Assembly (NCBI GenBank): GCA_027339965.1
Contig: DAHWNL010000051.1
Location: forward strand, 1-64,000
From: Granulicella sp.
GTDB taxonomy: Bacteria; Acidobacteriota; Terriglobia; Terriglobales; Acidobacteriaceae
Direction: 5' to 3'
DNA length: 64,000 nt
Below the pieces are notes generated by a model. It ran no database searches and was not told the origin of the DNA. It saw only the letters and a program-made list of their open reading frames with translations. This document shows positions 30,774-41,090 of this stretch, piece by piece. The first letter of the stretch is position 1. Each line of letters starts with the position of its first letter. The position numbers and the translations under genes were made by a program.

Positions 30774-32159
30774 CTAATAGGCGTCGCCGCCGTGCGTCGT
30801 GTCCAGGTTTTCAAACCGGGTGAAGTCGGAAAGATAGGCCAGTTGCACGGAGCCGGTGGGACCGTTGCGCTGCTTGGCGACGATAATCTCCGCCTTGCCC
30901 TTCAGATCCTCGTTCTCGCGATCGTAGTACTCCTCGCGGTGGATAAACGCCACCACATCCGCATCCTGCTCGATCGAACCGGATTCCCGCAGATCGCTGA
31001 GCAGCGGCTTCTTGTCGCCCGTGCGCTGCTCGCTGCCACGGGAGAGCTGCGAGAGCGCGATCACCGGCACGCCCAGCTCCTTGGCTAGCCCCTTCAGGCC
31101 GCGTGAGATGCTGCTCACCTCCTGCGTCCGGTTCTCAAATCGCTTCTGGGAGCCGGTCGTCGACCCGGTCATGAGCTGCAGATAATCGATCACCACCAGA
31201 TCCAGCGCTCCCTCCTGCTGGCGCAGGCGGCGTGCCTTGGCCCGCATCTCAGCCAGAGTAATGCCGGGCGTGTCGTCGATGAACATCTTGGAGTTCATCA
31301 GCCGGTCCAATGCGGCCATGAGCTTTCCCTTGTCCTCACGGGGGATGAAGCCGGTCTGCAGCTTGCGGCTTCCCACCAGCGCTTCGCTGGCCAGCATGCG
31401 GCGCAGCAGCGACTCCTTGCTCATCTCTAGCGAGAAGACCGCGACGACCTTTCCGTCACGAACCGCGCAGTTCTGAGCGATATTGATCGCCCACGCGGTC
31501 TTGCCCATGCTCGGCCGGGCCGCGATGATGATTAGCTCAGAGTTCTGCAGGCCGCTGGTCATCTTGTCGAACTCGATGTAATGGGTAGCCAGGCCTGTGA
31601 CCTCGCGGCCCTGCTCATAGAGCGCGTCGATGCTGCCAAAGGAGTTGGCGACGATCTCCGGAATGTTCGAGAAGCCGCGCTGAATGGCGGAGTCGGCAAC
31701 CTCGGCCAGCCGGACTTCCACGTCGTTGAGGACCTTGGTCGCATCCTCGCTCTGCTCGGCAGCCGCGGCCATCCCCTCATTGAAGATGCCCAGAAGCTGG
31801 CGAAGCAGGCTCTTGTCCTTCACGATCCGTACGTAGGACTCGATGTTCGGATTGCGCGGAATGCCCTCTGTCAGGAAAGCCAGGTAAGCTGCCCCACCAA
31901 TCGCATCCAGCTCCCTGCGCTTGGTCAGCGCATCCATCACCGTGATCAGGTCCACCGCGTGGCCCTGGGCCAGCAGATCCACCATGACGCGGTAGATGCG
32001 CTGATGCGAATCCAGGGCAAAATCTTCCGCGCGGAGCTTCGCCGTGGCGTCCGTGATGGCTACCGCGTCCAGCAGCATGGCGCCCAGCACCGTCACCTCG
32101 GTCTGGACCGAGGAGGGCAGACCGTCGTTCCGGGGAGAGATCGTGCTCAAAGACGCCAT
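30774..32159 (-). CDS. dnaB: Replicative DNA helicase
   Basis: AARPSMGKT, SLEM, IDYLQLM, LSQLSR, DLRESGSIEQDAD, KQRNGPTG; start at MASLST. Confidence 0.97.
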   Translation of the reverse strand: MASLSTISPRNDGLPSSVQTEVTVLGAMLLDAVAITDATAKLRAEDFALDSHQRIYRVMVDLLAQGHAVDLITVMDALTKRRELDAIGGAAYLAFLTEGIPRNPNIESYVRIVKDKSLLRQLLGIFNEGMAAAAEQSEDATKVLNDVEVRLAEVADSAIQRGFSNIPEIVANSFGSIDALYEQGREVTGLATHYIEFDKMTSGLQNSELIIIAARPSMGKTAWAINIAQNCAVRDGKVVAVFSLEMSKESLLRRMLASEALVGSRKLQTGFIPREDKGKLMAALDRLMNSKMFIDDTPGITLAEMRAKARRLRQQEGALDLVVIDYLQLMTGSTTGSQKRFENRTQEVSSISRGLKGLAKELGVPVIALSQLSRGSEQRTGDKKPLLSDLRESGSIEQDADVVAFIHREEYYDRENEDLKGKAEIIVAKQRNGPTGSVQLAYLSDFTRFENLDTTHGGDAY

Positions 32160-32389
32160 ACGTTTCCAGTGTACGAGCCGCTTCGCCGGTGGAGAACTGG
32201 GGCGCGGATGTGGACTCCGGGGGTCATCCCCGCAGCTTACCCATCCGCCCGCCGAGCTGCCCGCCTCATCCGACCGGGCCATAACTCTGCCCAAGGAGTC
32301 GAGCGGAAAGGTCCCCTTCTTCGCTCCAGCCCCATGCGCCCCCGCACAGAAGCTGGACGCATGGGACCGTTTCAGCACCAGCCAGCCGG

Positions 32390-33640
32390 TTACTTGGCGC
32401 CGGCGTGCATCTGGGCGCAGTGGCTGCCCTGGCGACCGCACAGGCACTTGCTCTCTGCCGCCGCGGTGGCGCTGCGCTGGGCGTAGACCTTCTGGGCCGC
32501 CACCAGGCCGTCGCCAAACTTGGCCCCAAGCTGCGGAACCGACTTGACCACCACCTGCTCCAGCGCCCCGATCAGCGCAATGGTGTCCATGTAGTCGAAG
32601 AAGCCCAGATGCGCAATGCGGAAGATCTGACCTTTCATCTCCCCCTGGCCGTTCGTGATCACCGCGGCAAAGCGCGCCTTCAGTTCCTTGACAAACACAC
32701 CGGAGTCCACGCCCTCCGGAGCCAGGACGGCGGTTGCGGCCGCGCCGGAGGTCTCCGGAGCAAACAACTTCAGCCCCAGAGCTGTCACCGCGGCTCTGGT
32801 CATCGCCGCAACCGTCTCGGCGTTCTCCACCAGGCGCTTGCGGCCCTCCACCAGGCTTCCGTCACCCTGCGCCGCGATCCAGTCAAAGGCCGCTCCCAGA
32901 GCCGCAATCAGCGCTACAGCCGGGGTGTAGGCGGACTCGCCCGCTTTGGCGTTCTTGCGCTCCTTGCGCAGGTCAAAATAGTAGCGCGGGTTGTAGGTGG
33001 CCTCCATGCGGTCCCAGGCGCGCTGGCTTACCGCCAGATAGCTCAGTCCCGGCGGAATCATCACCGCCTTCTGGGAGCCGCCTACCAGCACATCCACGCC
33101 CCATCCATCCATGTCCAGGTGGGTGGTGCCCAGGCCGGTGATGGCATCCACCACCAGCAGCGCCTCCGAGTTTGAGTCCTTGAGCAGCTTGGCGATGGCG
33201 GGAACACAATGGCGCACGCCCGTGGAGGTTTCCGTTGCCTGCATGAAGACGGCGCGCGTCTCCAGATGCAGCGAGGCCTTCACCTCATCCAGCGAGAAGG
33301 TCTCGCCGTAGGGAGCGCTGACCACATCTACATGGCAGCCAAAGGCCTTGGCCAAGGCTGACCAGCGCTCACCGAACTTGCCGGCGGTAAGCACCAGCAC
33401 GCGGTCGCCCGGCGAGGTCAGGTTGGACACCGAGGCCTCCATCGCTCCCGTTCCAGAGCTGGAGAGCAGGATCACGTCGTTCGTGGTGCCTACGAACTCC
33501 TTGAGTTGACCGAGCACGCGCGTGTACAGGGCGCGAAATTCGGCCGTGCGGTGATGAATATCGGCCGCCGCCATCGCAAACTGCGCGGCGGGAAGCAGGG
33601 GGGTGGGTCCAGGCGTAAACAGGCGTGTTTTTCGAATCAT
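32390..33640 (-). CDS. Class V PLP aminotransferase (alanine/serine-glyoxylate aminotransferase family)
   Basis: LFTPGPTP, SSGTGAME, ETSTGV, VDAI, GSQKAVMIPPGL. Confidence 0.92.
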   Translation of the reverse strand: MIRKTRLFTPGPTPLLPAAQFAMAAADIHHRTAEFRALYTRVLGQLKEFVGTTNDVILLSSSGTGAMEASVSNLTSPGDRVLVLTAGKFGERWSALAKAFGCHVDVVSAPYGETFSLDEVKASLHLETRAVFMQATETSTGVRHCVPAIAKLLKDSNSEALLVVDAITGLGTTHLDMDGWGVDVLVGGSQKAVMIPPGLSYLAVSQRAWDRMEATYNPRYYFDLRKERKNAKAGESAYTPAVALIAALGAAFDWIAAQGDGSLVEGRKRLVENAETVAAMTRAAVTALGLKLFAPETSGAAATAVLAPEGVDSGVFVKELKARFAAVITNGQGEMKGQIFRIAHLGFFDYMDTIALIGALEQVVVKSVPQLGAKFGDGLVAAQKVYAQRSATAAAESKCLCGRQGSHCAQMHAGAK

Positions 33641-33878
33641 AGTCTCCATTTTAGCCGTTTCACCCCAACCGGCTGCCTGACGCCGTTGGGATGGCGCGCA
33701 TCTCTCACCTCTTCTTCCCACTGCAGCCGTGAAGCCTTTCTTGAGCCGCCTCACGCAGCCTCGGTCGTACCGGCCAGGCACGCCGGTACACTGAATCAGG
33801 GAGACCACCAGACGGCGGCCTGGGCGAGGACCGGAGACGCGAAGGCGGCAAGCCCCAATAGATCGGAGAGGATTCATC

Positions 33879-34358
33879 ATGGCTGCGATTGGAGACAAAC
33901 TAGGCAAAGATATTGTGGAGGCGATGAAGGCGCGCCGGCAGGATCAGCTCACCGCTCTGCGAATGGTCAAATCTGCCCTGCGCAGCAAGGAGATCGACAA
34001 GCGCGAGCCGTTGACCGATGCCGAAGAACAGGCGGTGTTGACCACGCTGCTCAAGCAACGGCGGGAGAGCGTCGAGCAGTTCACCAAGGGCGACCGCCCG
34101 GAATTGGCCGCGAAAGAGCAGGCCGAGATCGCCTGGATTGAAGGCTACATGCCCCAGGCCGCAGGCGAGGACGAGCTGCGTTCGTTGGTGATTGCCGTCG
34201 TGCAACAGATCGCCGCTGAGAACGGCGGGACGCGCCCCGGACCCAAAGAGATGGGCATGGTGATGAAAGCTGCGCAGCAGAAGATCGCCTCCAGCGGCCT
34301 GCGCGCCGACGGCAAGCTGGTCAGCGAACTGGTCAAGGCGGAGCTGGCCAAAGGCTAA
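33879..34358 (+). CDS. GatB/YqeY domain protein
   Basis: AMKAR..LRMVKSAL, KQRRESVEQF, ADGKLVS. Confidence 0.92.
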   Translation: MAAIGDKLGKDIVEAMKARRQDQLTALRMVKSALRSKEIDKREPLTDAEEQAVLTTLLKQRRESVEQFTKGDRPELAAKEQAEIAWIEGYMPQAAGEDELRSLVIAVVQQIAAENGGTRPGPKEMGMVMKAAQQKIASSGLRADGKLVSELVKAELAKG

Positions 34359-34394
34359 CCACTTCAACGGCTGCGCGGCGCGCCTGACCATCCC

Positions 34395-36344
34395 CTATCC
34401 CAACTTGGGGTGCAGCGGCAGGAAGCCGGCTTTCTGCTGATAGGCGTAGGCTAGCAAGGCTGCCTTGGCGTCCCCATAGAGTGGCGCTAGAAAGGTGATG
34501 GAGACCGGTGTGCCGGGCCCGCCGTAGTCCGGCCACGGATCTTCCGGTCCGGCGGCAAACGGCGGCGCATCCGGCCCGCGTAACCCGTTGGGAACAATCA
34601 CCGCCGGTTGACCACAAAGGTTGGTGGCCACCAACTGCTCCCCTTCGCTGGGAGCCACGATCACGTCAAAGCCCGCGAAGAGCTGATGCATGGCCGCCAG
34701 CGCCAAGCTCCGGGCACGCTCGGCCTGGATGTAATCCACCGCCGGAATCAGCCGCGCGGCACGGAAGATGTTTGGCCAATCATCGGACTCCTGGCCCGCC
34801 AGCAGAGCATCTCGGCCGGAGGTGGTGAGCTCGTCGAACGCTGCGGCGGACTCGGCGTCCAGGATGTTTAACAGCGAAGAGAAGTGGAAGCCGGGCAACT
34901 CCACCGGCGTCAACTTCACACCCATGCCGCGCAGAACCCGCAGGGTATGCGCGTGGAACCGGTGATCGTAACTGCGCTGCGCCAGATCTCTCTTGCGCCG
35001 CTCTTCCCTCTTCTTCTGCGCCGCAGGGCTCAACTTGCCAGCCGTCTCCGGCGCAGCCGGCTTCGATGTAGGTGCCGCAAAGGCGGAAGCGATGTAGCCC
35101 ACCCGCAGCGTCTCCCAACTAGCCGTCAGATCAGTGTGAAAGGGTGCCGGCTGCACGCTCTGGTCATACCCGTCCGGGCCGTAGATGGCGTTCAGCACCA
35201 ATGCGCAGTCCTCCACCGAGCGCGCAATGGGACCGATCTTGTCCATCGACCAGCTCAGCGCCATCGCGCCGGTGCGCGGCACCAGGCCGAAGCTGGGACG
35301 AAGTCCCGTCACCCCGCAGCGCGTGCTCGGAGAAGAGATGCTGCCCAGAGTCTCGGTGCCGATGGCAAAGCCCACGCAGCCGGCTGCGGTCGCGCTGGCG
35401 CTGCCGGCGGAGCTGCCTGAACTTCCTTGCTTCGGATTCCACGGATTGCGGGTACGTCCGCCGGGTTTGCCGGAGCCCTGCGGATAGCCCCACAGATCCC
35501 CCATCGCCAGAGCGCCCATGCTGAGCTTGGCCACCAGCACGGCGCCAGCCGCATCCAGGCGCTTCACCACCGTAGCATCCTCCGAGAAGCTCTGCTGCTC
35601 GAAGCCGGCCGCGCCCCAGGTGGTCGGATAACCTTTCACCGCCAGCAGATCCTTCGCGCCCCAGGGAATACCCTGCAACGGACCGCGATCCTGGCCCGCG
35701 GCGAACGCGCGGTCCGCCGCCTCGGCCTGGCCCAGCGCGCGCTCTTCCGTCAGGGTGATGACAAAGTGCAGCATCGGGTCGTAGCGTCTCAGCCGCGCCA
35801 GATAGAGCCGGGTAAGCTCCACCGAACTCAGCTTGCGCAGGCGCAGCAGCTCCCCGAGCTGACGCACCGTGGCAAAGGCAATCTTCTCCTCCTCCGAAGC
35901 CGAGATCCCAGCGGCCAAGATCCCGGCGACAGAGGGAGCCGGTCCAACCACCACCGGCCGCGCCACTGCGGACCGCGGACCGGGCGTCCCTGCTGGTACA
36001 GGATTGAAGACCGCTGTAGGAGCAATCCGGTTGGGCAGATCCAGCTTGCGCACCTGCAACGCCATGCTGCGCTGCTCAGTTACGCCATCCAGCATCATCT
36101 GGATCTGCTCCGGCGTCAGCTTCACCGCAGCAATCGCCGCCGCCGATTCAATCATCTCTGCCGTCACCGCAGGCCAAGCCTGCGGATCACGCGGCCCGGA
36201 TTGAGCGGACGCCGAGCCGGTGGCCAGCGCCAACAGCGCTCCGGGAAACAGCGTGCCCCCCACTCCAGCAGCCGCGGAGACAGCCAGGAAGCGCCGCCGG
36301 GTTGCATCCATGCGTTCGTCAGATCTCGTCTGTTCTGGATTCAT
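34395..36344 (-). CDS. Amidase signature family enzyme with Tat signal
   Basis: TRRRFL Tat motif; KD, SSGSSAGS, GTETLGSISSPS. Confidence 0.92.
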   Translation of the reverse strand: MNPEQTRSDERMDATRRRFLAVSAAAGVGGTLFPGALLALATGSASAQSGPRDPQAWPAVTAEMIESAAAIAAVKLTPEQIQMMLDGVTEQRSMALQVRKLDLPNRIAPTAVFNPVPAGTPGPRSAVARPVVVGPAPSVAGILAAGISASEEEKIAFATVRQLGELLRLRKLSSVELTRLYLARLRRYDPMLHFVITLTEERALGQAEAADRAFAAGQDRGPLQGIPWGAKDLLAVKGYPTTWGAAGFEQQSFSEDATVVKRLDAAGAVLVAKLSMGALAMGDLWGYPQGSGKPGGRTRNPWNPKQGSSGSSAGSASATAAGCVGFAIGTETLGSISSPSTRCGVTGLRPSFGLVPRTGAMALSWSMDKIGPIARSVEDCALVLNAIYGPDGYDQSVQPAPFHTDLTASWETLRVGYIASAFAAPTSKPAAPETAGKLSPAAQKKREERRKRDLAQRSYDHRFHAHTLRVLRGMGVKLTPVELPGFHFSSLLNILDAESAAAFDELTTSGRDALLAGQESDDWPNIFRAARLIPAVDYIQAERARSLALAAMHQLFAGFDVIVAPSEGEQLVATNLCGQPAVIVPNGLRGPDAPPFAAGPEDPWPDYGGPGTPVSITFLAPLYGDAKAALLAYAYQQKAGFLPLHPKLG

Positions 36345-36522
36345 TTCGCGATACTACATCCTGGCGCGGCGAAGCGAAAGCCTTGCGGAGGCTCGGCCAG
36401 CCTGGCTTCGTCTGTTCTTCCCTGCCGTCCGGAGAAATCTCCCGCGTCCTGCCGGGTGGCCCTCATGCGGCATGACACCGCTCAGGGCAGCCCAAGCAGA
36501 GCCATTCTCGGGAGTGAGATCC

Positions 36523-39500
36523 TTACTGCGGGAGCGGCTCGTTGCGCGTCAGCAGGTAGTAGGCAATCGGCGTCACCACAAGGCTGAGGAACATCGAGAG
36601 CAGCAGGCCGCCAATCACCGCAATCGCCAGCGGCTGCAGCATCTGAGAGCCAGCGCCAAAGGCGAACGCCAGCGGCAGCATGCCGCAGATGGCGGCCGCG
36701 GCCGTCATCAGGATGGGGCGAAGTCGACGCTGCGCGGCCAGCAGCATGGCCTGGCGCGGATCCATGCCTTCACGGCGGTAGCGCTCGTCGGCATCCAGCA
36801 GCAAAATACCGTTCTTGGCCACAATCCCGATCACCATGATCGCTCCCATGAAGGAGGCTACGTTGAAGCTGATCCCCGTCACCAGCAGCGCAAAGACCAC
36901 CCCACTGATGGAGAGCACGGAGGAGGCCAGGATCGCCAACGGCGCTGAGAAGTTGCGAAACTCCGCCAGCAGAACACCAAAGACCAGCACCAGAGCGAGC
37001 AGCAGCACCCGCAGCAGGTCGGCAAAGGACTTCTGCTGCACCTCGTAAGCGCCGCCATACTCCACGCGCACGCTGGGCGGCAGATGCAACGAGTCTGTCA
37101 CGCTGCGCACCGCGCTCACCGCCGTGCCCAGATCCGTTCCTTCCAGGCTCGCCGTCACCACCACCAACTGTTGCAGATTCTCGCGATGGATCTCATGCTG
37201 CGGCGGCAGCTCGGTCACGTGGGTCATCGCGCCCAGGGTCGCCAGATGCCCGCTGCTGCTGTTGAAGACCGTGTTTTCGATCGCATCCAGCGAGCCGCGC
37301 GTCTCCTTCCCCAGCCGGATGCGAATCGTATAGGGACGGCCGGCGACGATCAGCGGCGCGTTGGTGGTCACCCCATCCAGAATTGCAGTCGCATCTTCAG
37401 CCACCTCCGCCGGCGTAAAGCCCATGCGCGCGGCCAGCATCGGATCTACCTGGAAGTTGGTCGCCGGGCCGCTGCTGGTGTTCTCCACCCCATCCTCAAT
37501 GTCCACCACACCCTTCACCTTGCCAATCGCCCTGGCCACGCGCGGCGCAATCTGGTCCAGCAGCGCGGCATCGTCGCCGAACAGCTTGATCTGGATCGGT
37601 TCCGGCGCGTTGGATAGATCCCCGATCATGTCCTGCAGCACCTGCGTGAACTCGACGTCCAACTCCGGTTCCTTGGCCAGAATCTGCTCCCGGACACTCT
37701 CCATCACCTGATCAATGCTGCGGCTGCGATCGGACTTCAGTTTTACGGTGAAGTCCCCCGTGTTGGCCTCCGTCACCGCGGCCAGCCCTAGCTGAAGTCC
37801 CGTACGCCGAGAGGTGTTCTCCACCTCGGGCGTATGGCGCAGAATCCGCTCCACATGCTCCAGCACGCGATTGGTCTCAGCCAGCGAACTTCCCTCGGGC
37901 ATGATGTAGTCCAGGATGAAGCCGCCCTCATCCATCTCCGGCAGCAGGTCAGAGCCCAGAGAGCGATACGCCAGGAAAGCGCCGGCGACCAAAATCACGC
38001 AGCCTGCGCCCAGCAGCAATGGCCGGCGCAAGCTCCACTCCAGCACCCCGTGGTGCCAGCCAATGACGCGCTGCAGCAGCCTTCCCACATGGTGCTGCTC
38101 ACCCGAAGGTTGCTTTGGATGCTCGCCCGATGGCCGGTCTGCGGCTTGCACCTCTTCTTCCTTCTTTGCGCGGAGCAGCACCAACCCCAGGCCAGGCGTC
38201 CAGGAGAGCGCCAGCACCAGCGAAGTCAACAGCGCAGCCGTCATCGTAAGAGCCAGTGCACGAAAGAAGCTGCCGGTCACGCCCGTTACCGCGATCAGGG
38301 GAAGGAATACCACCACCGGCGTAATGGTGGAGCCGATCAGCGGCGTAGCGATCTCCCGCAGCGCTTTGCCCACAGCTTCAATCCGGCCCTCGCCCGCGTC
38401 GCGGTGCAGCACGATGTTCTCCACCACCACAATGGCGTCATCAATCACCAGACCGATGGCCGCCGCCAGCCCACCCAGGGTCATCAGGTTGAAGCTCTCC
38501 CCCAGCACCCACATCACCAGCACCGTCACCGCCACGGTCACCGGAATCACCAAACCGGCGATGATCGCCGAGTGCCAGTCGCGCAGGAACAGATAAAGGA
38601 TCACGCAGGCTAGAACCAGTCCCAGAAGGATGGCGTCGCGCACGCTGCGGATGCTCTCCCGCACCAACTGCGACTGATCGTAAAACGGTTGCAGCGTAAC
38701 GCCCTTGGGCAGACTCTTGCGCAATTGGCTTAACTCCACGGCCACTTCATCGGCCACGGCGACTGTATTGCCCGAAGGCTGGCGGGTGATGTTGATCAGC
38801 ACCGCCGGATTGCCGTCGGCAGTCACCGTGGTATAGACCGGCCGCGTTGCGCTCACCACCTTGGCCAGGTCCCCCACTCGCACCGGCGCTCCCTGCGCGG
38901 TGGTCTTCACCACCAGATTGCGCAGACCGTCCATGCTATGCACCTGCCCGCCCACTAACGCCAGAACAAGCTGGTGATCCTGCTCATACAACCCCGGGGA
39001 ATCGATGATGTTGGAGGCGTCGACGGCGCTGGCCAGATCGGAGATAGTCACTCCCGCGGTCTGCATCCGTGCCATATTGGGAATCACCTGAAACTCTGGA
39101 ATCGCGCCGCCCTGCACCGTCACCGTGCTCACCCCCTCCAGGCGGTTCAACGGCGGCTTGAGCTGATAGGTTGCCAACTCCCATAGCTCGGTTTGCGAGA
39201 GCGTATGGGAGGTAAGGCTGTAGCCGAGAATCGGAAAGGTGGCGAAGGTCAGGCGATTGGTGCTAATTCGCACCGTGGACGGCAGCTCCTGCTGCACCTT
39301 GCTCAGCGCGGCGTTCACCCGCTCCAGCGTCTGATACATATCCACGGACCAGTTGAAGAACAGGCTGATCTCCGCCGAACCGCGGCTGGTGTTGGAGCGC
39401 ACCGTCACCAGACCGGGAACGCTGTTCACCGCGTTCTCAATCGGCTGGGTGATCGTCACCTCCATCTGGCTGGCCGGCATCACCCCGTTATCCACGCCAA

Positions 39501-39669
39501 TCACCACGCGCGGAAAGTTCGTCTCCGGAAAGACCGAGATCGGCACATGGAAGGCCGCATAGGCTCCGGCAAAGGTCAGCGCCAGCACAAAGAAGAAGAT
39601 GGTGCGCTTGGAACGCTCGATCCAAAAGCTCTTGCGCGCCGGAGCCTTGGAGCTATCCGCCGCCGCCAT
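36523..39669 (-). CDS. RND efflux permease (AcrB/CzcA superfamily)
   Basis: GLVIDDAIVVVEN, GIVAKNGIL, RLRPILMT; start overlaps the MFP stop. Confidence 0.95.
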   Translation of the reverse strand: MAAADSSKAPARKSFWIERSKRTIFFFVLALTFAGAYAAFHVPISVFPETNFPRVVIGVDNGVMPASQMEVTITQPIENAVNSVPGLVTVRSNTSRGSAEISLFFNWSVDMYQTLERVNAALSKVQQELPSTVRISTNRLTFATFPILGYSLTSHTLSQTELWELATYQLKPPLNRLEGVSTVTVQGGAIPEFQVIPNMARMQTAGVTISDLASAVDASNIIDSPGLYEQDHQLVLALVGGQVHSMDGLRNLVVKTTAQGAPVRVGDLAKVVSATRPVYTTVTADGNPAVLINITRQPSGNTVAVADEVAVELSQLRKSLPKGVTLQPFYDQSQLVRESIRSVRDAILLGLVLACVILYLFLRDWHSAIIAGLVIPVTVAVTVLVMWVLGESFNLMTLGGLAAAIGLVIDDAIVVVENIVLHRDAGEGRIEAVGKALREIATPLIGSTITPVVVFLPLIAVTGVTGSFFRALALTMTAALLTSLVLALSWTPGLGLVLLRAKKEEEVQAADRPSGEHPKQPSGEQHHVGRLLQRVIGWHHGVLEWSLRRPLLLGAGCVILVAGAFLAYRSLGSDLLPEMDEGGFILDYIMPEGSSLAETNRVLEHVERILRHTPEVENTSRRTGLQLGLAAVTEANTGDFTVKLKSDRSRSIDQVMESVREQILAKEPELDVEFTQVLQDMIGDLSNAPEPIQIKLFGDDAALLDQIAPRVARAIGKVKGVVDIEDGVENTSSGPATNFQVDPMLAARMGFTPAEVAEDATAILDGVTTNAPLIVAGRPYTIRIRLGKETRGSLDAIENTVFNSSSGHLATLGAMTHVTELPPQHEIHRENLQQLVVVTASLEGTDLGTAVSAVRSVTDSLHLPPSVRVEYGGAYEVQQKSFADLLRVLLLALVLVFGVLLAEFRNFSAPLAILASSVLSISGVVFALLVTGISFNVASFMGAIMVIGIVAKNGILLLDADERYRREGMDPRQAMLLAAQRRLRPILMTAAAAICGMLPLAFAFGAGSQMLQPLAIAVIGGLLLSMFLSLVVTPIAYYLLTRNEPLPQ

Positions 39670-41090
39670 CAGCTCTGGCCTCCGCCTTGGCCGTCTTGCC
39701 CCGCCGCGCCCTGGTCCGCATCGCCCTCCTCCGGCGGAGCCACATGCACCTTTGTCCCGTCGTCCAGGCCATAGCCGCCGCTGTCGATCACCACCTCGCT
39801 GGGGCTCAAGCCGCTCAGGATCTGCACCCACTTCACTCCCCGAATGCCCACCGCCACGCTCCTGAGATGCGCCGCGCCGTCGCTGCCCACCACCATCACC
39901 TGGAAGCCTCCTCCCTCGCTGGTCAGCAGCGCCGAAGCAGGCACCTGTAAGGCTTCCTGCGCGGTGCGGCCAACGATCGTGACATGGACCGAGGTACCCG
40001 CCTTCAGACGGCCATCCGGATTCTTCATCTTCACCCAGACCTCGACCGTCGTCGAGCCCGGATCGACCGCCGGGCTAATCAGCGAGACCTCGCCGGGAAT
40101 CGCCGCTTCCATTCCTGGCGCGCTCACCTCCGCCTTGGCCCCCACCTGGATGTTTTGCGTCAGCGCCTGAGAGAGGTGCAGCTTGGCGATCAGCGACGAA
40201 GTGTCCATCACCGTGATCACTGGCGTCCCTGCCGTTGCCATCTCGCCATCAAAGAGCGGCCGGTCGGTCACAACTCCTGCGATGGGGCTGCGCAGATAGG
40301 CATAGCTGCGGCTCGCCTCCGCATTCAGATACTTACCGCGCGCAGAGGTCAGATCGCCCTGCGCCGCCTTCTGGCTAGCCTGCTGGCCAACCCGTTGCAA
40401 GGCCTGCAAGTGCTGCTCGGCAGTGTCATAGGCTGCCTGGGCCTGCACCAGGGTCGCCTTGGCTGAATCCAGATCCCGGCCGGGAATCGCGCCCTCTGCA
40501 AACAACTTCTCGCGGCTCTCCACCAGCCCTTTGTCCAGATCCAGATTCGCCTTGGCCTGCTTCAGATCCAGCTTGGCCGCCTGCATCGCCGCCGGCTGCT
40601 GGACGCTGGTCGCTTGCTGATAAGCGGCCTGCGCCGCCTCGTAGGCCCCCTCGTTGTCCACGGCGGCAGCCTCCAGATCCCGGTCTTCCAGGCGAACCAG
40701 TAACTGCCCGGCCCGCACATGCGCTCCGCGCTGGACATAAAACCGGTTCACCGGCGCGCTGATCTTGGCAGAGATCGCCGCTTCGGCCAACGGCGAGAGA
40801 ACAGCATCCCCCTCAATCTGCTCCGAAATCGCGCCGATCACTGGCTTGGCCGCCTGCACATCCACCACGACATCGGCGGTTGTTCCCGCCGAGTGGCAGC
40901 CAACCATTGCCAGGCAGCAAGCCACAGCCGCCAGCCAACCACCGGCCAGCGCCAGGCCGCCGCGCTCGCCGTCCGCCCGGCCTGCGGCAGATCTGCCGCT
41001 CTCTTTCACACCCGCCTGCCAGCCCCTCCCGGCGCGGTCCGACGCCGGTTGCGGGTAGCTCACTCTGAAGCCGTCGCACACTCTCATCAA
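39669..41090 (-). CDS. RND membrane fusion protein
   Basis: Lipobox-like AMVGC, lipoyl motif VRAGQLL, coiled coil, SPIAGVV; true start may be internal. Confidence 0.9.
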   Translation of the reverse strand: MMRVCDGFRVSYPQPASDRAGRGWQAGVKESGRSAAGRADGERGGLALAGGWLAAVACCLAMVGCHSAGTTADVVVDVQAAKPVIGAISEQIEGDAVLSPLAEAAISAKISAPVNRFYVQRGAHVRAGQLLVRLEDRDLEAAAVDNEGAYEAAQAAYQQATSVQQPAAMQAAKLDLKQAKANLDLDKGLVESREKLFAEGAIPGRDLDSAKATLVQAQAAYDTAEQHLQALQRVGQQASQKAAQGDLTSARGKYLNAEASRSYAYLRSPIAGVVTDRPLFDGEMATAGTPVITVMDTSSLIAKLHLSQALTQNIQVGAKAEVSAPGMEAAIPGEVSLISPAVDPGSTTVEVWVKMKNPDGRLKAGTSVHVTIVGRTAQEALQVPASALLTSEGGGFQVMVVGSDGAAHLRSVAVGIRGVKWVQILSGLSPSEVVIDSGGYGLDDGTKVHVAPPEEGDADQGAAGQDGQGGGQS

